The notes under the pieces were generated by a model, which was not told where the DNA came from, made no database searches, and saw only the letters and a program-made list of their open reading frames with translations. Shown here in pieces: positions 13,701 to 26,369 of a DNA stretch of 64,000 bases. The translations under genes and the position numbers were made by a program. Each line of letters opens with the position of its first letter. Positions within the stretch are counted from its first letter, which is position 1. Source of the DNA: Escherichia phage vB_EcoM-813R1. The stretch lies in sequence record ON470617.2; one strand, given 5' to 3'.

Positions 13701-16700
13701 CCAAAGAACAATACGCCCGCATTCCGCTACGTGATGACACCGTAGATGAGCATGCACAGGATATGCTTTATGACTTCGTTGCCGCTGGGCGCGTAGCCAG
13801 CGCAATGGATTCCGATTCCCATCGCAAAGAGGCGGCGCGTCGCCGGGTATTGTCGGAGTATTCAGATACCGGCACCGAAAAAGCAGAGAAGTATCCGTAC
13901 TTTGAGGATATGGGCTTCGATAGTGTGATCGCTGACGAAGGTCACAACTACCGCAATAGCTATAAAAATGGTCGCGAAGCGTCACAACTGGCCTATCTGC
14001 CCACCAGCGCGGTGGCGCAATCGGCGCGGGATATGGCAATTAAAAACGCGTACCTGATGAAAAAGAATGGTGGGCGCGGACCGGTTCTCCTGACTGCAAC
14101 GCCAGTCGTTAACACCCCGATCGATGCATACAACATGCTTTCTCATGTTCTGCCGAAGGAATACTGGCAGAAGATGGGGATCTACGGTCCTGATGACTTC
14201 GTTAAATTCTTCGGCAAGACCAGGCTGGAAACGGTACAGAAAATCAGCGGTGAAGTTGAAGAAAAATGGCACTGGTGGGCTTTGAAAACCTTGATGCGCT
14301 GCGCGGTATATTCCATCGCTGGGTAACGCTTAAAACGGCGGAAGACGTTAAGGATACCGTGGAGATCCCGGAACTGGACGAACACCAGCAGGATGCACCA
14401 CTTACTGAAGAACAACTGGCGGCGTATGAAGAATTGCGTCAGCAGGCGGAAGCGGCGGCCAAAGCCAACAATGGCGTAACGACCTCGGTCAATGAAGACG
14501 GCGTGATTGAGCACGAGAAGGCCCGTCCGATCTTCTCAATAATCAGGGATATGGACCGCGTATGTACTGACATGGACCTGTACTATCGCCGGATCACCTA
14601 TCGTTTCCTGCCGGAGTACGCCGATGCGGTGCAGCAGCTGGCGGACAGTTTGCCTAAACAAGCCACCAGCGAAGACGACGACAGTGATGATTCAATCACG
14701 CAGCAATCGCAATACTCCCTGATAGATAAGGGCGAGTTTATTCAGTTACAGGTTCCGGAAGCGTTCGAGCAGGAAGTGAATAAGCGCCTGGCCAGGTTTG
14801 GCATTGACGAACAGACCGTAACTCACCCCGTTACGCCCAAATACGCGAAGCTGATTGCCACGCTGAAGGAGTTTTTCCCGGAAGGTAAGCAAATCATCTT
14901 CACCGATGAAAAAACGCAGCACCAGAAGCTCAAGCGCATTATCTGCAATGCTCTTAACCTTGAACCTTCAAAGGTGGGGATACTGAATGCTCAGACGGTT
15001 GCCGAGGCAGGTAAAACCGGTAAGAAACTGAAAGCGGTTAAACCGCCGAAAGAGTTACCGGATGAACCAACAGATGCACAGATAGCGAAATACAACGAGC
15101 AAATGGCTCTGTATGACGCCTATATCGCGCAGCAAAATGAAATGTCGTTGGGCGGTCTGGAAAAGATTGCAGCCGACTTCCAGGAGGGCCGGACTCCGAT
15201 CATCATCTGCAACAAAAAGGCAGAGGTGGGTATCAACCTGCATCGAGGAACGACTGACATCCATCATCTGACGTTGCCATGGACTCCAGCCAGTATTGCG
15301 CAACGAAACGGTCGCGGTGCCCGAGTTGGCTCCAACCGTGCAAGCGTTCGCGTTCACTACTACTGCGGCAAGGGTTCTTTCGATGAATACCGACTGAAGA
15401 CGCTGAAGCGTAAAGCAGGCTGGATCTCCGATATCCTCCGTTCAGATAAGTCAGAAATGGAGAACGCCGACGCCAACGATATGATCGAAATGCAGATGTA
15501 TACCGCTAAGGATGATGGCGAACGTCTGGCAATGATGCAGGTTCAAATGGATAAGGCGAAAGCTGCGAAACGCGCTCGCCAGAAAGAACAGGCTACTATC
15601 GACCTTCAGAACTACATCAAGGTGCAGCACGCAGCTGGTGAGGATGTGGAGGTACTTACCGCTGAATTGGAGCGAAGCAAAGCGGAACTTGAAAAGACCA
15701 CCGCCGACGTCGCCAAATTCAAACAGGCGGTAATGGCCAAAGCAGCTGATAACGCAGACTGGAAAGCCCGCTGGGGTAGCGTCCATCACACAGACCGTAT
15801 GTTGTTAGCACAGTATCGCGCGTCGTTGAAAAGCGCCATTCAGCGCAAGGCTAATATCTCTCAGGCCATCTCCCGCTATGAGAAATTATTGAACCGTACT
15901 CAGAAGGCCGCGACGGATATCAAACGCCTGCGCCCGCAGGTGGAGGATGCAATAAATAAAGGCATTCTGGATGTTGATCCTGATCTGGTTAACCATGCGA
16001 ATGAGTTCCTTGTTATCGGCGATCGCTCATGGCGTGTAGGCCAATACTACGATTGTGCCGGTGATATCGTTCGCATTAAGTCGCTGGACTTCGACAGCCA
16101 GCGCGCAGACGTGGAGATCATCTTTACCTTCAAAGGCACCAAATCGGGTAACTGGGATGTGAAGACGCTGGATAAACAGGTTGATGTAACTCCCGATGAA
16201 GATGCTGTTATGCAGAAAATCAGTGGTGGCGTCTCCATCGCCGGGATTAACGACATCATTTCCTGTGACGATTTCTACCGTTTCCAGCAGCGCGGCATGA
16301 TCAAAATAACTGACTCGTACGGCGTTCAGACTACAGAGTCAGGCTATAGCATTGATTTTGTTGGTACCTATACGGACCCACTGAAGCATGCGGTTTACCC
16401 GGATCGCCGTGACGGCGCGCTGAAGTCGTCAATTGCAAAATGGGTGCTTGGTATGATGTCGGAAGGGAATAACCGCCAGGTCCGTTTGGCAGAAGTATTC
16501 CTGACTGAACTGTTTGGCTCCAATTATGGCGAGGTAATCGCGTCATACGGAGATACTCTATCCCCTGAAGCACTTCAGGAGAAAATAGCGGATTCGATCG
16601 CCAAAATGCCGGAGAAAACAAGCCAGGGGCTACTCGTAACGGGGATTCTGAACTTGAGGTCACCAATGCTATTTTCGGTACCCATGAGTTCCGGGCGTCA

Positions 16701-17546
16701 GATTATGAGATCACCACAGCACAGTTTGGCACCATTGGCATTTACAGCAATAAAGACGAGATCAAGCAGGCAATGGACGCAGCAAGTGCGCGCATTGCAG
16801 CAGAACGGAAAGCCAATCTGAATCATGCAGTCGCCGCGCTGACTCAATCGTGGGTAACAGCAATCAGGGAGGCCGCCACCACAGGAAAAATCACACCGGC
16901 AATTGCGGATGTCGTAAACGACGGCTCTAAATTTATGGATGCCTATAAAATGGATGCGGTGCAGTTGCCATCAGCCTATGGCCAACTCAGCTATCGCATA
17001 ACCTACAACCTGGTATCAATGTTTACTGACCTTGCCATCCTTGGGCTGGTGGACCTTAACGAGGTTACGCCGGAATTACTCAGCATGCGCAAGAATCATG
17101 TGGAGATATTGCAGAGAATTAACACGGTTCTTGCCGGGCGCACCGATGAAGAGAAACAGGCCGACGCTGATCGGATAAACCTGGCCCTTGGCAACATCAC
17201 GGAGGAAGAAATTGCCGCCAGAAACGAGAAACAAGAAGAGTTATCATCAATACAGGGTGATGCCACCAGCATAGCTCAGTCTCTTGGTCTGAATTATCGC
17301 GTATCCACCGCCGATCTGAAGATGATGTACGCACCAAAATTCGCCGCTGGCGAGGTATTTGGGCTTCAGGAAGCCTCAGGCATGAAAGGCGTTCTTTTCC
17401 GTGCGAAAGACGCAATCAAGGCGAAATTCGGCGCTCGCTGGCTGCCAGCGAAGGCGAAGAACAGCGATTTCCCGGGTAACTGGTGGATTATCGAGACAAA
17501 ACACAACGTGGCGGACGTTCTGGCCGTCATCCAACAATACGCATAA
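10784..17546 (+). CDS. darB: DarB-like antirestriction methyltransferase-helicase (~2254 codons), split into five ORFs by apparent frame changes
   Basis: N6-adenine MTase motifs LEPSAGTGVF and VVGNVPFGG; SNF2-type helicase motifs GFGTGLGKTT, VIADEGHNY, LLTATPVVN. Frames change near 11700-11850, 12590-12600 (at CCTGG), 14270-14320 and 16770-16820; total length matches P1 DarB. Confidence 0.85.
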
Positions 17547-17579
17547 CAGGAGCGCCCGGTTCGCCGGGCGTCGCATAAT

Positions 17580-18020
17580 ATGGCCACACTATCTGATACA
17601 ATAAAACCGAATAAAACATATCTTGAGGCGGTACTGCGTACAGCGTTGTTAGGAAAGACAGAAGACGAATACGTTGATTTCTTCCTGTCAGGGCTACGCG
17701 GGCGATTACTGAAAAATCCCCGCCTGTACCGCAGCTATGGTCCATACTGGCCGGAAATTAAAAAATTATTACTGGAGCGCGGTTATGGTAATTTCGGTCG
17801 TCTCGTTGACCGTGACGTTCGCAAAATTTACCGTTATGACCGCCCGGCGCTAACACTCATAGCCGCGACGCTCTACAGCCAGGAGCGTTTTGATAATGGT
17901 CAGATATACTCAGCCTGGCATTTACTGCCAGTGCCTGAAGAAGTTGACGACCAGGACTATGAGTTTGAGTCTTACGATTTGGAAGTTGAAGCCTTGGCAC
18001 AGGCTGGAGAGAAAACTTGA
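17580..18020 (+). CDS. Hypothetical protein (146 aa); position of P1 ulx
   Basis: ORF directly downstream of darB; positional assignment only. Confidence 0.5.
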   Translation: MATLSDTIKPNKTYLEAVLRTALLGKTEDEYVDFFLSGLRGRLLKNPRLYRSYGPYWPEIKKLLLERGYGNFGRLVDRDVRKIYRYDRPALTLIAATLYSQERFDNGQIYSAWHLLPVPEEVDDQDYEFESYDLEVEALAQAGEKT

Positions 18021-18235
18021 AAAAGCGATACTACACAGTAAAGCATGGGACGCTACGAGCATTACAAGAGTTTGCTGACAAGCATAACGTTGAGGTGCGC
18101 AGGGAAGGGGGAAGTAAAGCTCTGCGCATGTACCGTCCGGACGGGAAATGGCGTACGGTCGTCGATTTCAAAACTAACAGCGTTCCCAGGGCGTCCGTGA
18201 CCGGGCATTCGAAGAATGGGAGCAGATCATCATAG
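18017..18235 (+). CDS. Small protein (72 aa); position of P1 lxc (bof, C1 co-repressor)
   Basis: Short ORF between the ulx position and mod; TTG start; positional assignment only. Confidence 0.4.
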   Translation: MKKRYYTVKHGTLRALQEFADKHNVEVRREGGSKALRMYRPDGKWRTVVDFKTNSVPRASVTGHSKNGSRSS

Positions 18236-18394
18236 ATAATGCATTGCTTCTCAATGCGGATTAAACTTCCCCAAATTATGGCTGTTTGCTCACCGAGCAT
18301 CGCTCAAAGAAGCACGATTCTTCAAACATATAGATAGTGATAGTGCCACAACTTCTGGCTCTAACGGGCTGGGGAGGCGGCGCTTTGTTGCTAA

Positions 18395-20355
18395 ATGATC
18401 TGGTTTAAAATGGATATGAAAAAAGAAACGATTTTTTCCGAAGTAGAAACGGCTAACAGCAAGCAACTGGCTGTGTTGAAAGCTAATTTCCCACAGTGTT
18501 TTGATAAAAACGGAGCCTTCATTCAAGAAAAATTGCTTGAGATTATTAGAGCATCGGAGGTTGAACTCTCTAAAGAATCATACAGTTTAAACTGGCTGGG
18601 TAAATCTTATGCCCGTTTGTTGGCCAATCTACCACCGAAAACGTTGTTGGCAGAAGATAAAACACATAACCAACAAGAAGAGAACAAGAACAGTCAAAAC
18701 CTGTTAATCAAAGGGGATAACCTCGAAGTATTGAAGCATATGGTTAATGCTTATGCTGAAAAGGTGAATATGATTTACATTGACCCACCATACAATACGG
18801 GTAAAGATGGATTCGTCTATAACGATGATCGCAAGTTTACACCAGAACAGCTTTCTGAACTGGCAGGTATCGAGCTTGATGAGGCTAACCGCATACTTGA
18901 ATTTACCACCAAGGGTTCAAGCAGTCATAGTGCATGGCTGACATTCATTTATCCTCGTCTTTATATTGCACGTGAACTTTTAAAAGAGGATGGAGTAATA
19001 TTCATCTCCATAGACGATAACGAAGATAAACAGTTGGGATTATTATGCGACGAAGTATTTGGGCAAGGTAATTTTGTTGCAAAACTCCCTACAATCATGA
19101 ATCTCAAAGGCAATCATGATAACTTTGGCTTTTCAGATACGCATGAATATATATATGTATACGCTAAAAACAAAGATGTTTGTAGTTTGGGGCAATTCGA
19201 TATTGATGAAAGTGAAGTTGAAAAAGAGTGGGATGAAGATGAATATGGGCTATTTAAAAGAGCTGATACATTAAAGCGTACTGGCCAAGATGCTTTTAGA
19301 AAATCAAGACCAAAAGGTTGGTTTCCGGTATTCATCAATTCAGAAAATAAGGTTTATGTAACAGATGATGATAAACCTCTTAACGAAGATGACTATGTAC
19401 TTTACCCAGTAAGCCCTACGGGTGAAGAGCTTTCATGGTCGTGGGGAAAGAAAAAATAAATGATGAGTTTTATAATCTAATAGTAATAGATATAAAAGAT
19501 GGTAAAAATATCTATAAAAAACAGCGGCCTGCTCTTGGAGAGCTACCAACTAAAAAGCCAAAATCAATTTGGTATAAACCTGAATATAGTACAAGCACGG
19601 CGACAACTGAGCTTAAAAATCTTTTAGGTGCAAAATTATTTGAAGGACCAAAACCTGTTCCTCTTATAACCGATCTTGTAAAAATAGGAACAAAAAAGGA
19701 TTCATTAGTTCTTGACTTTTTTGCTGGCTCTGGTACGACAGCAGAAGCTGTTGCATATTTAAATGAAAAAGATTCAGGCTGTAGGAATTTTATATGCATA
19801 CAAAAAGATGAAGTTATAAATAAAACAAAGAATGCCTATTCTCTTGGCTATAGATCTATTTTTGAAATAACAAAAAAAAGGATACAGGAGGTATTTAAAA
19901 AAAGCACAACCACAAGTGATAATGCGGCTAAAATAGGTTTCAAAGTGATTCATACTATTGATGACTTTAGAGCAAAAGTTGAGTCTGAACTTACGCTCAC
20001 TAATCATACATTCTTTGATGATGCGGTATTAACGCCTGAACAGTATGATGCCCTATTGACTACATGGTGTGTATATGATGGTAGCTTGTTAACAACACCT
20101 ATTGAAGATGTTGATCTTAGTGGCTATACAGCACACTTTTGCAATGGCCGTCTGTATTTGATTGCACCTAATTTTACTAGCGAAGCATTGAAAGCGTTGC
20201 TCCAAAAGCTGGATTCAGATGAAGATTTTGCCCCAAACAAAGTCGTGTTTTATGGTTGTAACTTTGAAAGTGCAAAACAAAGGGAGCTTAATGAGGCGCT
20301 AAAAAGTTATGCTAACAAAAAATCTATTGAGTTAGATTTAGTGGTAAGGAACTAA
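18395..20355 (+). CDS. mod: Type III restriction-modification methyltransferase subunit (EcoP1I Mod-like), one apparent frameshift
   Basis: IYIDPPYNTG (motif IV) precedes DFFAGSGTT (motif I), the beta-class order of type III Mod. ORFs 18395..19459 and 19435..20355 differ by one base in the A6 run 19451-19456. True start probably ATG 18410 or 18416 (MKKETIF). Confidence 0.9.
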
Positions 20356-20357
20356 TC

Positions 20358-23266
20358 ATGTCAAAAGGGTTCACATTCGAAAAGAACTTACCGCATCAGA
20401 AAGCAGGTGTCGATGCGGTGATGAACGTTTTTGTTTCCGCGACATCTCATCAGGAGGATAATGTTTCTATTCGCCTGTTAGTTAATCCAGAATTACGGCT
20501 TACTGAACAGCAATACTATAAAAATATAAAAAAGTTCAGGAACTCAATGGTATTGAACATGTAAAAAATAATTACGATGCTGGAAGCAACGTAATCGATG
20601 TTTCTATGGAGACAGGTACAGGTAAAACGTATACCTACACTAAAACAATTTTTGATCTGAACAAATCATTTGGCATTAATAAGTTTATCATTATTGTTCC
20701 TACTCTATCGATCAAAGCTGGAACAGTGAACTTTTTGAAAAGCGATGCGTTAAAAGAACACTTTAGAGATGATTATGAGCGTGAAATAAAGACTTACGTT
20801 GTTGAAAGTCAGAAAAATGCCGGTAAAAGCACAAAATCGTATATGCCTCAAGCTATACATGATTTTGTTGAAGCTAGTAATTTCAATAAGAAATATATAC
20901 ACGTTCTTGTTATTAACACGGGAATGATTCACTCTAAGAATTTAAATTCCACTTATGATGTTGGCTTGCTTGACAATCATTTTGATTCTCCCTTTTCAGC
21001 TCTTGGTGCGGTAAAACCATTCATTATCATTGATGAACCACATAAATTTCCTACTGGTAAAAAGACATGGGAAAATATAGAGAAGTTTAATGCTCAATAT
21101 ATTATCCGCTACGGTGCGACCTTTAGTGAAGGCTATAAGAATTTAGTTTATCGACTTACAGCAGTGGATGCATTTAATGAAGACCTTGTTAAAGGTATTG
21201 ATGCGTACATTGAGGATATTGTTGGTGATGGTGACGCCAACCTAAAGTTCATTAAATCTGATGGGGAAGAAGTTACATTTGAGCTAAATGAAAATAACAA
21301 GAAAACTTTATTTAAGTTAACAAAAGGTGAATCTCTATCTAAGACACATAGTGCTATTCACGATTTAACTCTTGATGCCTTAGGCAAGAATACAGTAGTG
21401 TTGAGTAATGGTATTGAGCTAAAAATTGGTTGCTCAATAAACCCCTATTCTTACGATCAGACACTTGCTGACAGCATGATGAGGAAAGCTATCAAAGAAC
21501 ACTTTAAGTTAGAAAAAGAGTTTCTGACACAAAGGCCACGCATAAAGCCTCTTACTCTTTTCTTTATTGATGATATTGAAGGTTATCGTGACGGTAATAA
21601 TATTGCCGGAAGTTTGAAAGCTAAGTTCGAAGAATATGTTTTGGCAGAAGCTAATGAACTGTTAAAAATAGAAAAAGATGAGTTTTATAGTAACTATCTT
21701 GAAAAAACAGTTAAAGATATATCTTCCGTTCATGGCGGTTATTTTTCAAAAGATAACAGTGATAAGGATGATAAAATCGAGAAGGAAATCAACGAAATCC
21801 TTCATGACAAAGAGCTTTTGCTGTCTTTAGATAATCCACGTCGTTTCATTTTCTCCAAATGGACGTTGCGTGAGGGATGGGATAATCCTAATGTCTTTCA
21901 GATCTGTAAGCTCCGTTCGAGCGGTAGTACCACATCCAAGCTTCAAGAGGTAGGGCGCGGTTTGCGTCTTCCTGTGAATGAATACATGTGTCGAGTGAAA
22001 GACCGCAATTTTACCCTTAAATATTATGTCGATTTTACAGAAAAGGATTTTGTTGACTCACTTGTTAAAGAGGTCAATGAGAGTTCTTTCAAAGAAAGGG
22101 TTCCAAGTAAGTTTACTCAAGAGCTTAAGGAACAAATCAGGGCTCAGTATCCTGAGCTTTCATCCAGAGCACTAATGAATGAACTTTTCAATGATGAAAT
22201 CATTGATGAAAATGATAATTTCAAAGATTCAGATGCCTACAGCCGCTTAAAATCCAAATATCCAGCAGCATTCCCTATAGGAGTGAAACCAGGTAAAATC
22301 AAAAAAGCTACTGATGGAAAAAGACGCACTAAAATGCGTGTTGGTAAGTTCAGTGAGCTGAAAGAACTATGGGAATTAATCAATCAAAAAGCGGTGATTG
22401 AGTACAAAATAAACAGTGAAAATGAGTTTTTATCCATTTTCAAGTCATTCATGCTCGAAGAAACAGAACGATTTACCAAATCAGGCGTTCATACTCGCAT
22501 TGATAAAATTTACATCCACAATGATATGGCAATGTCGAAAAGCATTGTTAGTGATGACGATGACTTTGCTAAGCTAAACACAATGAGTTATCGAGAGTTT
22601 CTCGATAACTTATCACAGACTATTTTTGTTAAACATGATACTTTACATAAAGTTTTTTGTGATATAAAAGACACTATTAATATCACTGAATACCTGAATA
22701 TTCAAACAATCAGAAAAATTAAATCTGGTTTTAGTAAGTATTTGTTGAACAATTCGTTTAACAAATTCAGCCTCGGATATAATTTGATTTCGGGTTCAAT
22801 TCATCCCACAAAGTTCACAAATGCTGATGGTAAGCCTCTAGACGAGGTATTATCAAGTGATCTTGGTGTATTACAGGATAATTCAAAAGCACCATTAGAT
22901 ACTTATCTTTTGAAGAGGTTTTTTATGATTCAGAGCTTGAAAGGCGTAATATAACAGATAGAGAGATCCAGTCTGTTGTTGTTTTTTCAAAGATACCGAA
23001 GAATTCTATTAAGATCCCGGTAGCTGGTGGATACACTTACTCACCCGATTTTGCTTATGTTGTAAAAACAGCAGAAGGTGATTATCTTAACTTTATCATT
23101 GAAACAAAAAACGTAGATAGTAAGGATAGTTTACGGCTTGAAGAAAAAAGAAAATTGAACATGCCAGGCGCTTTTCAATCAAATAAGTCAGTCTGTTAAA
23201 GTTGAATTCAAAACGCAGTTTGCTAATGATGATATTTATCAGTTAATCAAGAGCGCATTACCATAA
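20358..23266 (+). CDS. res: Type III restriction enzyme subunit (EcoP1I Res-like), several apparent frameshifts
   Basis: Helicase motifs METGTGKTYT and IIIDEPHKF; C-terminal nuclease-like FIIETK; frame changes at A6 run 20528-20533, near 22950 and near 23170; span equals ~969 codons as expected for Res. Confidence 0.85.
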
Positions 23267-23276
23267 TTCCAGTTTA

Positions 23277-23300
23277 AAAGGAGGTGAAAACCTCCTTTTT
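23277..23300. terminator. Rho-independent terminator between convergent res and the mat-position gene
   Basis: AAAGGAGG-TGAAAA-CCTCCTTT stem-loop followed by T-run. Confidence 0.6.
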
Positions 23301-23341
23301 ATGACATCCAACACGACCTGAAAGAAGTGGCGCTCAGGTCG

Positions 23342-23983
23342 TTAAAAATAGTTTCCCTTTCCAGTTAAGATTCCATGTGGAACGCTTTTTTCCGCAAGTC
23401 TCTGTGTGCCGCGAATTATGTTAATCAGTGGGCTTAGTAACGATGGTTCCTGGCGTGGCTCAACTTCTCCAGCCATTGCCCTGATGTAGTCGGAGTTTGC
23501 AACGTTGTTGTATTCCGTTGCGAAGCAGCATAACAACGTCAGAACGTGCTCTGTCGTTATTTCGCTCCAGTTGATGTTGAAAAATTCATCGCCTTTTTTG
23601 TCATGTTCGGAATCGAAGATGCTTTGGTGGAGGATGTATTTGCCGGATTCCTTGCGCGGTAACTTGATCGCTTTCTGGCGTTCCAATTCCTTGTAAATCT
23701 GCATTGCTTCAATCAGTACCGGTCTACCGTTCATGAAGGGATCACGCAACCTTACACGCTGGCCAACTCGACCGGTAATAAAGCTGTTTTCCTCTTCCAC
23801 CAGCACGATAAAACCCTTTTCCTCTTTTTCTCGCAATTCGCGCAGCAGCTGGAGTTCCATATCGCGGCGGCGTTCAGGGTAGCTGGTCCGCTCAGCCATT
23901 ATCAGCTCATTGTTGATCCATGCAGCAGTCATTGACGCCGGTTTGCCGACGCTCATTGAAACAACGCATATTTTCTTATCCAT
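23342..23983 (-). CDS. Hypothetical protein (213 aa); position of P1 mat
   Basis: ORF convergent with res; positional assignment only. Confidence 0.5.
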   Translation of the reverse strand: MDKKICVVSMSVGKPASMTAAWINNELIMAERTSYPERRRDMELQLLRELREKEEKGFIVLVEEENSFITGRVGQRVRLRDPFMNGRPVLIEAMQIYKELERQKAIKLPRKESGKYILHQSIFDSEHDKKGDEFFNINWSEITTEHVLTLLCCFATEYNNVANSDYIRAMAGEVEPRQEPSLLSPLINIIRGTQRLAEKSVPHGILTGKGNYF

Positions 23984-24162
23984 AGCGCCCCTACAAAAAG
24001 AAAAGCCACCAGCGGCGGCTTAGCAATACAACAGAAGGTAGCGCCCGGTACTCAGACTGTGCCGTCCATGGAATATTTGAAAAGGGATCCATCCGTACCG
24101 GGCGTGTGATGATTCTGACTCAAGTCACTTGTCAGTTGTCAATCATTTAAGATTAAAAATAA

Positions 24163-24179
24163 TATATTTATTAGTGCAT
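24163..24179. promoter_or_regulatory. C1 operator-like site upstream of the mat-position gene
   Basis: AATATATTTATTAGTGCAT, degenerate match to the operator consensus. Confidence 0.4.
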
Positions 24180-24229
24180 GATGTTTGCCATTTCATAGGC
24201 GTCAGCCAGCAACTCCATCTCTGACTTGT

Positions 24230-24730
24230 TCAGCAAGGTGAATTCTTTCTTGCCTCCAACCACACCATCGGCATGAACAGGGACCAGCCAGGGTATTTTT
24301 CTCTTACTTCAGCCGGTGCTGCATGCTGGTGGTGCCATCTACAAAGTGGCAATTGCTTTTTGTGACAACCAGGCGCGGTACGACCGGAGATATGGTGCAG
24401 AGACACCTCTTCAGATATTACTCCATGCATATAGCAGGCAATGCAGGGGAGAGCGCCAAGAGCATTGGCTATGCGCCGTTCCTCCGCCGTCGGTGTTCGT
24501 CCCTTCAAGTCACGAGATTTTATTTTTACCGCGCTTTTCCGCGTTTTGCTGGCTGGTGGGCGCTCTTTCTGTTTAGCGATACGGCGATCGATAGTATTCC
24601 GCATTTTCTGATATTGAGATTCTCGCCAGGCCGGATCAGCCAACTTCTCCCGTTGCCGAGCGATCGCTCGTTCTCTGGCTGCCTTCTGCCACTTGCGGCA
24701 CTGTTCAATTTTTTGTTCGATTGTTTTCAT
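24230..24730 (-). CDS. ref: Ref-like HNH endonuclease (recombination enhancement function)
   Basis: HNH signature CIACYMHGVISEEVSLHHISGRTAPGCHKKQLPLCRWHH; basic N-terminal region; C1 operators upstream. Confidence 0.8.
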   Translation of the reverse strand: MKTIEQKIEQCRKWQKAARERAIARQREKLADPAWRESQYQKMRNTIDRRIAKQKERPPASKTRKSAVKIKSRDLKGRTPTAEERRIANALGALPCIACYMHGVISEEVSLHHISGRTAPGCHKKQLPLCRWHHQHAAPAEVREKYPGWSLFMPMVWLEARKNSPC

Positions 24731-24815
24731 ATGGCAAAAAAAGCGGCCTAATGGCCGCCAATGATGTCAAGGAGTGAAGTAATGGCAACGTCTTCGTAGT
24801 TGACAAAAACTGCGG

Positions 24816-24843
24816 CTCAATTATAGCAATCAATTAGAGCAAT
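24816..24843. promoter_or_regulatory. Tandem C1 operator-like sites upstream of ref
   Basis: CTCAATTATAGCAAT followed by CAATTAGAGCAATG. Confidence 0.55.
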
Positions 24844-24975
24844 GATAGATATTTTGTTAATCGCGAATCACATTTTTTCACTTCAGTACCTGTGTGCTAT
24901 ACTCCTTCTTGATTGATTGGATGCGGAATACAAACCCGCTCTTTTGTGCAGCCTGGCTCCTTGCCAGGCTTTTTT

Positions 24976-25287
24976 TTATTTCAGCATGGAAGCTGTTAAC
25001 GCTTTGGACCTTGCTGAACTGATTGAGAGGGCTTTGTCAACGTGCCCCAAAAATTCGCCAAACTCAGACATCACTTTGGCAAAACCGCGCCGTGCTTCTT
25101 CCTCGGTGGCATTCATCACGAAATGTTCAGCACTACGAATACTTTTGACAGGGAACGCAACAGATATTGAGTCAATATCAGCCATTCTATCGCTTAACTT
25201 TACAGTGACAATGACGGCTGGCGACTGAATATTAGTGCTTACAGACAGCACTACATATTTTCCGCCGATGTCGAAATCCTTTCTCAT
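24976..25287 (-). CDS. Small protein (103 aa); position of P1 cra
   Basis: ORF between ref and cre with an operator-like site (25304-25320) just upstream. Confidence 0.4.
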   Translation of the reverse strand: MRKDFDIGGKYVVLSVSTNIQSPAVIVTVKLSDRMADIDSISVAFPVKSIRSAEHFVMNATEEEARRGFAKVMSEFGEFLGHVDKALSISSARSKALTASMLK

Positions 25288-25303
25288 ATGTCACCATAAA
25301 TAT

Positions 25304-25320
25304 CAAATAATTATAGCAAT
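25304..25320. promoter_or_regulatory. C1 operator-like site upstream of the cra-position gene
   Basis: AAATAATTATAGCAAT. Confidence 0.4.
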
Positions 25321-25337
25321 TTCTTATATATTGACGG

Positions 25338-26369
25338 CTAATCACCATCTTCCAGCAGGCGCACCATTGCCCCCGTTTCACTATCCAGATTACGGATATA
25401 GTTCATGACAATATTTACGTTGGTCCAGCCACCAGCTTGCATGATCTCCGGTATTGAAACTCCGGCGCGGGCCATATCTCGCGCGGCTCCGACACGGGCA
25501 CTGTGTCCAGACCAGGCAAGGTACCTCTGGCCAGAGTCATCCTTAGCCCCGTAAATCAATCGGTGAGTTGCTTCAAAAATCCCTTCCAGGGCGCGAGTTG
25601 ATAGCTGGCTGGTGGCAGATGGCGCGGCAACACCATTTTTTCTGACACGGCAAAACAAGTAGTTATTCGGATCATCAGCCACACCAGAGACAGTAATCCA
25701 TCGCTCAACCAGTTTAGTTACCCCCAGACTAAGTGCCTTCTCTACACCAGCGGTGCTAACCAGCGTTTTCGTTCTGCCAATATGGATTAACATTCTCCCA
25801 CCGTCAGTACGTGAGATATCTTTAACTCTGATCCTAGAAATTTCGGCTATACGTAACAGGGTGTTATAAGCAATCCCCAGAAATGCCAGATTACGTATAT
25901 CCTGGCAGCGATCGCTATTTTCCATGAGTGAACGAACCTGGTCGAAATCAGTGCGTTCGAACGCCAGCGCCTGTTTTGCACGCTCACCGGCATCAACGTT
26001 TTCTTTTCGGATCCGTCGCATGACCAGTGAAACAGCATTGCTGTCACTTGGTCGTGGCAGCCCGGACCGACGATGAAGCATATTTAGCTGGCCCAAATGT
26101 TGCTGGATAGTTTTCACTGCCAGACCGCGCGCCTGAAGATATAGAAGATAATCGCGAACATCTTCAGGTTCTGCGGGAAACCACTTCCGGTTATTCAACT
26201 TGCACCATGCCGCCCACGACCGGCAAACGGACAGAAGCATTTTTCAGGTATGCTCAGAAAACGCCTGGCGATCCCTGAACATGTCCATCAGGTTCTTGCG
26301 AACCTCATCACTCGTTGCATCGACCGGTAATGCAGGCAAATTTTGGTGTACGGTCAGTAAATTGGACAT
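25338..26369 (-). CDS. cre: Cre site-specific tyrosine recombinase, with in-frame TGA at codon 42 in this assembly
   Basis: ATG at 26369 gives MSNLLTVHQNLPALPVDATSDEVRKNLMDMFRDRQAFSEHT, then TGA at 26244-26246 where Cre has Trp42, then KMLLSVCRSW... to the Cre C-terminus ...MVRLLEDGD; the ORF track starts at Met44. Confidence 0.9.

Noticed and set aside
10784-23266. Calling darB, mod, res (and c1, pacA, dmt, hrdC) pseudogenes
   Set aside because: The breaks are single-base events at A-runs or CCTGG sites and the full-length proteins are otherwise intact, so they are annotated as interrupted CDS pending read-level confirmation.
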